Assembly (NCBI GenBank): GCA_918244965.1 | Contig: CAKJYC010000004.1 | Coordinates: 1,185 to 65,184 of the forward strand | Length of the DNA: 64,000 nt | Direction of reading: 5' to 3' | DNA from: Clostridiales bacterium | GTDB taxonomy: Bacteria; Bacillota; Clostridia; Christensenellales; CAG-138 | Part shown: positions 56,392 to 64,000 of the stretch, piece by piece | Layout: each line of letters begins with the position of its first letter | Numbering within the stretch: position 1 is the stretch's first letter | Notes under the pieces: model-generated | Databases searched by the model: none | Told to the model about the DNA's origin: nothing | What the model saw: only the letters and a program-made list of their open reading frames with translations | Position numbers and translations under genes: made by a program

Positions 56392-58751
56392 TTGCTGTTT
56401 GTTACTTGATATTATTTGTGATTTCAGGGCTGTTCGTCTCTGAAGTCGTTTTTCAAAAACATGCTTTCCGAAACCGCGTCTGGCTCGGTCTGGTGATCGG
56501 ACTACTGCTGCTGACGTGGCTTCCTTCCTTGTTTGCATTTGTTTTCGGATTCACGCTTCTTGCGAATCTGCTCGCAGCGATCGTCGCCGCTGTGCTGATC
56601 GCCGTATCTGCCGTTATGCTGGTTAGACAGCACAAAACCGGATTCCGGCGTTCCGGAATCGTCAAAAGAGATCTGACGGCACTGCTGCTGATCATACCGA
56701 TCCTTTTGATCTGCTTCTCGCTTTTGAATACACATATTCTTTTCCCGCACGAAGACGGCAGCATATGGGTCGGTCAGGTAACCTACGGCGATCTTGCCAT
56801 GCACCTCGGCTTTATCACGAGCATTGCGGAGCAGACGACCTTCCCGCCGCAATACAGCATCTTTCCGGGCCATGCGCTGAATTATCCGTTTCTGTGTGAA
56901 ACATCCGGCGCATCGCTCTTTCAGCTCGGTCTTTCCGTTCGCCTGGCGTATATCCTGTCCGCAGGGTATGCTTTTGCCGTCGTTGTACTCGGCGTCTATT
57001 GTTTCTTCCGTCAATGGCTGAAAAAGAGAACACGCGCGATCTTCGCAACGGTTTTATTCTTCTTCGGCGGAGGATTCGGTTTCCTGTACTTCTTTGATCT
57101 TTCCAAATCTGGCGGCCTGCTCGCACCGATGATCCATATCCGTAATCAGACGGTATCACAGTCCCTTCTGGATGGGTTTTACCTTACTCCGACCAATATA
57201 CCGGCGCTTGGTCTGCGATGGGTCAATCCGATCGTCGACATGCTGATCCCGCAGCGCGCGACGCTGTTCGGATGGGCATTCCTCTTCCCCTGCCTTTATC
57301 TGCTGCACAGCTTCACATTTGAAGGAAAGCGTTCCAATCTGATTCCGCTTGCGCTGTTTGCCGGGTTGCTGCCGATGATCCATACCCATTCGTTCCTCGC
57401 GCTCGGCGTTATCAGCGCTGTGTGGTGCGTGATCGATCTGATTTCTGTTAGATTTCGACCGAAGCGTTTGGTCGATTGGCTTCTGTACGGAGGAATTGCA
57501 TGTGCGCTTGCCGCGCCGCAGCTGTTCCTGTTCACATTCAGGCAGACGTCGGAAAGCGGAATGGTACACTTCCATCTGAACTGGGCGAACACAACCGATT
57601 CTTTTCTCTGGTTTTACATCAAGAATCTAGGGCTGATCTTCCTTTTGATGCCGGTCGCATTTTTGATCCTGCCCAAACGGGATAAGAAAGTCTATGCCGG
57701 CGCGATCGTTCTCTGGCTGATTGCAGAAGTCATCGAGTTTCAGCCGAACGATTATGATAACAACAAACTGCTGTTTATCTGGTTTGCGTTCACCTGCGGG
57801 ATGTCTGCAAAGCTGCTGTTCGTCCTGCGCGAGCGCATTCTGCATTGGATCCGCAAAAAGTATACTGCAGAATCTCGTCAGTATTCGTATTGGATCGGCA
57901 TTTCGGTCGTTATTACAGGCGTTACGTTGTACTTTCTGTTTAAGCTTGCGTTTGATTCCGAGTACGGAACGCAGATGCTTCCCGGTACTGCACTGACACT
58001 GTTCTTCTCTGCGGGGCTGTTGCTGTCGTTCTGTATCGGTGCATGGAAAGGAAGCTGCATCAGCCGGAAACAGCTGATCCGCCTTTGCGTTCCGACCGCG
58101 TTCTCATGCTGGATCCTGTTTTTGACGCTGTTCACCTGGCTCACACAGTATTCATATAAGGCCTATGTGATCAGTCGCTTCTCCGTATTTGTTACGATCA
58201 TTTCGGGGATTGCCGCACTTCTTCTGCTGTTGCTTGTAAAGGCATATGAATCGAATGAGGCCTCACGTGTTCGCTTCTCCGGCGTCAGCGTTTCACTTGC
58301 TGCAGTATCGTTCCTGCTTGTGTTCGTGTTTACGGCTTCCTCGGCGATGACGATTCTGCGCGAGCTCAACAGCGAGTATCAGGTCTATACAAAGGACGAA
58401 GCGGAGCTTGCAGAGCAGATCCGCAGCAATACCGAGCCGGATGCGATCATCCTTGCCAACAGTTATCATTGGAATGTTGTGACACCGCTGACCGGTCGCA
58501 GCATCGTTACCGGGACCGGGACTTTTCTGTACTATCATGGAATTGAAACGTCGGAGCGCGAAGCAGACGTCGTGCTGATGTTTGAAGCGCCTGCGGAAAA
58601 CGAAGACCTGTTTAAACTGTACGGCGTGACACACGTGCTGTTTACAAATGCCGAACGCGGAACGTACGACATTGATTATGACTACTTTGAGAAGCATGGG
58701 ACAGTCGTCGCTGAAAACGATTCCGGACAACTGTATCTGCTGAATCCATAA
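56388..58751 (+). CDS. polytopic membrane protein, probable GT-C fold glycosyltransferase
   Basis: Many TMs; YGD..MH and L.YPF in first large loop; PQR, H.HSF, DNNK; soluble C-terminal domain with T..DA.IL and LTGR. Confidence 0.65.
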   Translation: MIAVCYLILFVISGLFVSEVVFQKHAFRNRVWLGLVIGLLLLTWLPSLFAFVFGFTLLANLLAAIVAAVLIAVSAVMLVRQHKTGFRRSGIVKRDLTALLLIIPILLICFSLLNTHILFPHEDGSIWVGQVTYGDLAMHLGFITSIAEQTTFPPQYSIFPGHALNYPFLCETSGASLFQLGLSVRLAYILSAGYAFAVVVLGVYCFFRQWLKKRTRAIFATVLFFFGGGFGFLYFFDLSKSGGLLAPMIHIRNQTVSQSLLDGFYLTPTNIPALGLRWVNPIVDMLIPQRATLFGWAFLFPCLYLLHSFTFEGKRSNLIPLALFAGLLPMIHTHSFLALGVISAVWCVIDLISVRFRPKRLVDWLLYGGIACALAAPQLFLFTFRQTSESGMVHFHLNWANTTDSFLWFYIKNLGLIFLLMPVAFLILPKRDKKVYAGAIVLWLIAEVIEFQPNDYDNNKLLFIWFAFTCGMSAKLLFVLRERILHWIRKKYTAESRQYSYWIGISVVITGVTLYFLFKLAFDSEYGTQMLPGTALTLFFSAGLLLSFCIGAWKGSCISRKQLIRLCVPTAFSCWILFLTLFTWLTQYSYKAYVISRFSVFVTIISGIAALLLLLLVKAYESNEASRVRFSGVSVSLAAVSFLLVFVFTASSAMTILRELNSEYQVYTKDEAELAEQIRSNTEPDAIILANSYHWNVVTPLTGRSIVTGTGTFLYYHGIETSEREADVVLMFEAPAENEDLFKLYGVTHVLFTNAERGTYDIDYDYFEKHGTVVAENDSGQLYLLNP

Positions 58752-58753
58752 TT

Positions 58754-58784
58754 AAAAAGGCGTCCGTCTGTCCGGTCGCCTTTT
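58754..58784. terminator. probable bidirectional terminator
   Basis: aaaaaggcg...cgcctttt between convergent genes. Confidence 0.6.
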
Positions 58785-58795
58785 ATGCTGTACGA

Positions 58796-60076
58796 TTATT
58801 TGCAGTCAGACTGCATGATGCTGATGATCGTCTGGTCTGTAGTGACCATACCCTCGGAAGCGATCCTGCCGATGTTCTGTACCGTTGCGTCCGCGTTCGG
58901 TGCAACAATGCCTTCACCGCGATAGAACTGCTGTTGATGCAGATACATTTGATAGCCGAGAATGCCCGTGTCGATCGCGGCTGCAATCTTCGCGGCACAA
59001 GAGGGCTTTGCACCGTCGCAGATGGTGCCGGAGATCATTGCGATCGAATTCACCAGCGTATGCGCAACGACGGTTTCATCGCCGCCGAGCAGATATGCAA
59101 TGCCCGCGCCCGCAGCGCAGCCAGCGCTGATTGCGCCGCAGAATGCGGAAAGACGACCGATCCCGGCCTTTTGGTAGACGGTCAGAAGGTCGGATACGAG
59201 CATAGCACGGTACATCCGTTCTTTGTTGATCCGGTAATGCCGCGCGTAGCAAATGACCGGTACGGATGCGGTGATGCCCTGATTGCCGGAGCCGCACAGG
59301 ATCGCGACCGGCATCTCGCATCCGCTCATGCGTGCGTCGCTTCCTGCTGCAGCATACGCGCGTGCGATCGTTTTGGCGTCGGACACATTTTCGGAAAGCA
59401 GGATCTTGCCGATATTCGCGCCGTAATCGCCGGACAGACCTTCTTCACAGATCGCCATATTATAGTCGATTTGCATATCCAAAAGATCCTTTACCTCGTC
59501 AAGATCAATGTGATTTGCATACTCTATGATGTCGTGCAGATTCAAACAGGATTTGTCGGTCAGATTATCCTCGCTTTGTGCGAGGATCGGACGCTTGAGG
59601 ATGGATTCGCCGTTTTTCATGATTTCGACGATGTTCGCATGGTTGTTTGCGATGACCACGCGTGAATACGATGTTCTTGCGTAAAGCGTAACGCTGATGT
59701 ACAAAGGACAGTCGGTTTCTGCGCAGGATACGTCGATGTTGACAGTATCCATAAAATGCGCGACGGATGCGCGCTGCTCCTTATCAACCGTTCCGATGAC
59801 CTGCATTCCCTTGTCAGCGTCGCCGCATACGATTCCTGCTGCAACAGCTGCCCGGATCCCTTTCAGCCCGTTTGTGTTCGGTACAACGACGCTTTTGACG
59901 TTTTTCAAAATATTGCCGCTGACCGAGACGGTAACAGCCGTCGGCTGCATGCCGAGCACCTGATGCGCTTTTGCGGCGCAGTAAGCGATCGAGATCGGTT
60001 CCGTACAGCCTGTGGCGGGAATGATCTCTTCTCTGAGGATCTTGGAATATGCTTCCCTGTTTTGAATCTCTGGCAT
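58796..60076 (-). CDS. serine dehydratase alpha-like / YhaM (UPF0597) cysteine desulfidase family
   Basis: PATGCTEP, NILKNVKSV.VP, GSDARMSG, GSGNQG, LSAFCG, CDGAKPSCA.K. Confidence 0.88.
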   Translation of the reverse strand: MPEIQNREAYSKILREEIIPATGCTEPISIAYCAAKAHQVLGMQPTAVTVSVSGNILKNVKSVVVPNTNGLKGIRAAVAAGIVCGDADKGMQVIGTVDKEQRASVAHFMDTVNIDVSCAETDCPLYISVTLYARTSYSRVVIANNHANIVEIMKNGESILKRPILAQSEDNLTDKSCLNLHDIIEYANHIDLDEVKDLLDMQIDYNMAICEEGLSGDYGANIGKILLSENVSDAKTIARAYAAAGSDARMSGCEMPVAILCGSGNQGITASVPVICYARHYRINKERMYRAMLVSDLLTVYQKAGIGRLSAFCGAISAGCAAGAGIAYLLGGDETVVAHTLVNSIAMISGTICDGAKPSCAAKIAAAIDTGILGYQMYLHQQQFYRGEGIVAPNADATVQNIGRIASEGMVTTDQTIISIMQSDCK

Positions 60077-60100
60077 GAATAATACCCCCAAGTAAAAAAT

Positions 60101-60444
60101 GACGGTGAGCAAGCCGTAAGCCGAGTTCTGTCAAAGGACGATCATCTATCTACGCGCGCCGTTGCCGGCGTGCTCAAGCGATTATCAAGAGCGTAGCGGG
60201 CCGCTATTGAATGCTCTCATTTCAATCTTGCACCGGGTGGGGTTTACAGAACGGACAAGTCGCCATGCCGTTGGTGAGCTCTTACCTCGCCTTTCCATCC
60301 TTACCCGAATCATCGGGCGGTATATCTCTGTTGCACTTTCCTTGAAGTCGCCTTCACCGGGTGTTACCCGGCACCCTTGCCCTGCGGTGCTCGGACTTTC
60401 CTCACCTCTAAAAAGAGCCGCGATCGTCTGTCTTACTCACCGTC
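60101..60444 (-). ncRNA. rnpB: RNase P RNA (type A)
   Basis: Minus strand GAGGAAAGTCC, AGTGCAACAG, GGTAAACCCC and ACAGAACTCGGCTTA conserved segments; terminal P1 helix gacggtgagtaag / cttgctcaccgtc. Confidence 0.93.
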
Positions 60445-60449
60445 AAACA

Positions 60450-61172
60450 TCAATCGTTGTCTGCGTACAGGAGCCTGCCGCAATTGTCGCATTCAAGGAT
60501 CATATCCTCGCCGATCAGCCTGCGGATCGCAAGGCTCGGCAGCGACATATTACACCCGCTGCATTTGCCGTCGCGGACCTCCACGACAGGAATGTTGTGA
60601 TGCATCCGAACCCGTTTATACCGATTCATCAGCGCCGGATTGACACGTTTTTCAAGCTCTGCCATCTTCCGGTCGGCTGCCAGCATGTCGATCGCTGCGT
60701 CATCTTTTTCCTTCTGGCAAAGCGCTTTCAGCTGATCGTATTCCTTCTTTGCTTTGATTCCCTGCTGACGCGTTTTCTGGTATTCCACAACGGCGTCGTC
60801 AATGCTCCGGAACAGCTGCTTAATCTCCTTTTCGAGATTGCTCGCTTCGCGCTGAAGCTTTTCGATATCGTGACGGAACTCGGTCATCTCCTCGGACGTG
60901 CATTCTTCGTCGCCCTTGAGCGTTTCAAATTCGGAGGTCTCAAGATCGAGACGATCCAGGAGCGTTTTGTACTGCGTATTCAGCCGGAACATCGAAGCGG
61001 AAAACGCCTCCATATCGTCCGACAGCTTCTGCAGCGTCGCCTGCTGCTGCTTGATGAACTTGGCGCGCTTATTCATCTTGATGCGGTTTTCCGTCGTTTT
61101 CAGATCGGCCTCGATCTGCTGTTTTTCAATGTCTGCTTCCTGATAGGCGAGCAATGCAACCGGTTTACTCAT
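60450..61172 (-). CDS. coiled-coil protein with C4 zinc ribbon (DUF164-like)
   Basis: Long heptad region then CSGC...CDNCGRLLY; AAGGAGG SD. Confidence 0.88.
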   Translation of the reverse strand: MSKPVALLAYQEADIEKQQIEADLKTTENRIKMNKRAKFIKQQQATLQKLSDDMEAFSASMFRLNTQYKTLLDRLDLETSEFETLKGDEECTSEEMTEFRHDIEKLQREASNLEKEIKQLFRSIDDAVVEYQKTRQQGIKAKKEYDQLKALCQKEKDDAAIDMLAADRKMAELEKRVNPALMNRYKRVRMHHNIPVVEVRDGKCSGCNMSLPSLAIRRLIGEDMILECDNCGRLLYADND

Positions 61173-61185
61173 CTCTGATTCCTCC

Positions 61186-61950
61186 TTAAAGGCTCCGCAG
61201 CGTCGCGGCGCCTGCATGTGTTAACTTATATTGTACATCATAATTTGCATTCTGTAAACGGGTAATCAACGGTTTCAGTACGGGAAATTCTGTTTCATAA
61301 TGTCCCATCACGCAGCATCGGAGTCCCAGCTGACAAGCATCGAGCGCTTGACCGTGTTTCATTTCGCCTGTCACGAACGCGTCGCATCCCGCATCGGAAA
61401 CGAACCGGACGTCTCCGCCGCCGGAGCCGCCGATCACAGCGACCGTTTCAACTGTCTTTTCGGGATCTCCGACATATCTGCCCTTGCTGTTCAAAACGGA
61501 ATCGCATAACGCGGCGAACTCGGAAAACGGCATAGGATTCTTCAATCGACCGATCCGGCCGAGGTTCTCCGGCGGAAGCGGTCGAATGTCACATAAAGAC
61601 AGCAGATTGGCAAGGACATCGTTCACGCCGCCCGCGGCTGCATCCAGATTCGTATGCGCGGCAAAGTGACCGATCCCGTGTCGAATCAGCGCATATGCCG
61701 CAGCCGTTTCCGGAGCGTGTACAGAGAACGATTTGACCGGCTCCCAGAAGATCGGATGATGCGTCAGCACCAGATCAAACCCGCCCGCAATCGCTTCTTC
61801 TGCAACCGGCAACGTCAGGTCAAGCGCGACAAGCACTTTTTCGATCGACGGATGATCCGGTTCGATCAGCAACCCGACGTTGTCGAAATCCAAGGCAAGC
61901 GTTTTCGGGGCAATCGACTCCATAAGGTCGCAGAATTCTTTCAGCTTCAT
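61186..61950 (-). CDS. Nif3-like dinuclear metal centre protein
   Basis: DNVGL, THHP, AHTNLD, GVND.LA, GGSG, TGE, GHY.TE. Confidence 0.92.
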   Translation of the reverse strand: MKLKEFCDLMESIAPKTLALDFDNVGLLIEPDHPSIEKVLVALDLTLPVAEEAIAGGFDLVLTHHPIFWEPVKSFSVHAPETAAAYALIRHGIGHFAAHTNLDAAAGGVNDVLANLLSLCDIRPLPPENLGRIGRLKNPMPFSEFAALCDSVLNSKGRYVGDPEKTVETVAVIGGSGGGDVRFVSDAGCDAFVTGEMKHGQALDACQLGLRCCVMGHYETEFPVLKPLITRLQNANYDVQYKLTHAGAATLRSL

Positions 61951-61964
61951 GTATTTCTCCTCAT

Positions 61965-63772
<1,808 letters not shown>

Positions 63773-63823
63773 TTATCGGCAGTATACCACAAAGGAGGCG
63801 ATTTTCAAAGAACTATTTTAGGA

Positions 63824-64000
63824 TTACATCGCAGAGCATCCGCAGGGACGGTTCTGATTGCCACAGCCGCAGCCGCAGCCGTTTTCGCCGCCGCAGAAGC
63901 GGGACAAAAGAAGCAGCCAGATCAGCGTATCGCAGGAGACACCGCCCATGCCGTTGTCGTTGTCGCCGATGATCAGGAGCAGAACGAGCAGCCAGGTCAG
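63824..64000 (-). CDS. 3' part of small Cys/Gly-rich hydrophobic protein (truncated by window edge)
   Basis: Manual translation LTWLLVLLLIIGDNDNGMGGVSCDTLIWLLLLSRFCGGENGCGCGCGNQNRPCGCSAM*. Confidence 0.65.
   Translation of the reverse strand: MTWLLVLLLIIGDNDNGMGGVSCDTLIWLLLLSRFCGGENGCGCGCGNQNRPCGCSAM

Noticed and set aside
60162-61178. 338-aa plus-strand ORF
   Set aside because: Antisense to rnpB and the zinc-ribbon gene; no protein motifs.

Overview
A 64 kb, gene-dense stretch of core chromosome from a moderately GC-rich, spore-forming Bacillota. Clostridia-like is inferred from the SASP genes, type A RNase P RNA and gene order. It holds about 63 CDS, tRNA-Pro(GGG), tRNA-Ala(GGC) and rnpB. 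Main themes are tRNA modification (nifZ/iscS-thiI, miaB, miaA, mnmA, trmK), DNA repair (xth-maf-uvrC, recG, mutS-mutL, lexA, rnhA), thyA-folA, a class A PBP with a two-component system, an EF-G paralog, and several Pro/Thr-rich surface proteins. I see no prophage, IS or CRISPR array. The strongest non-annotated signal is a perfect 14-6-14 inverted repeat (46631-46664) overlapping the promoter of a long XerS-like tyrosine recombinase, right where gene orientation flips from mostly + to mostly -. This is a candidate single-recombinase dif site at the replication terminus. Other leads are a three-gene surface operon (papain-like amidase lipoprotein, anchored PIG-L deacetylase, LRR protein), a catalytically degenerate NagB homolog, a 20-codon uORF, two apparently leaderless genes, and promoters embedded in anti-SD hairpins. 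All calls come from reading motifs by eye; no searches were run.
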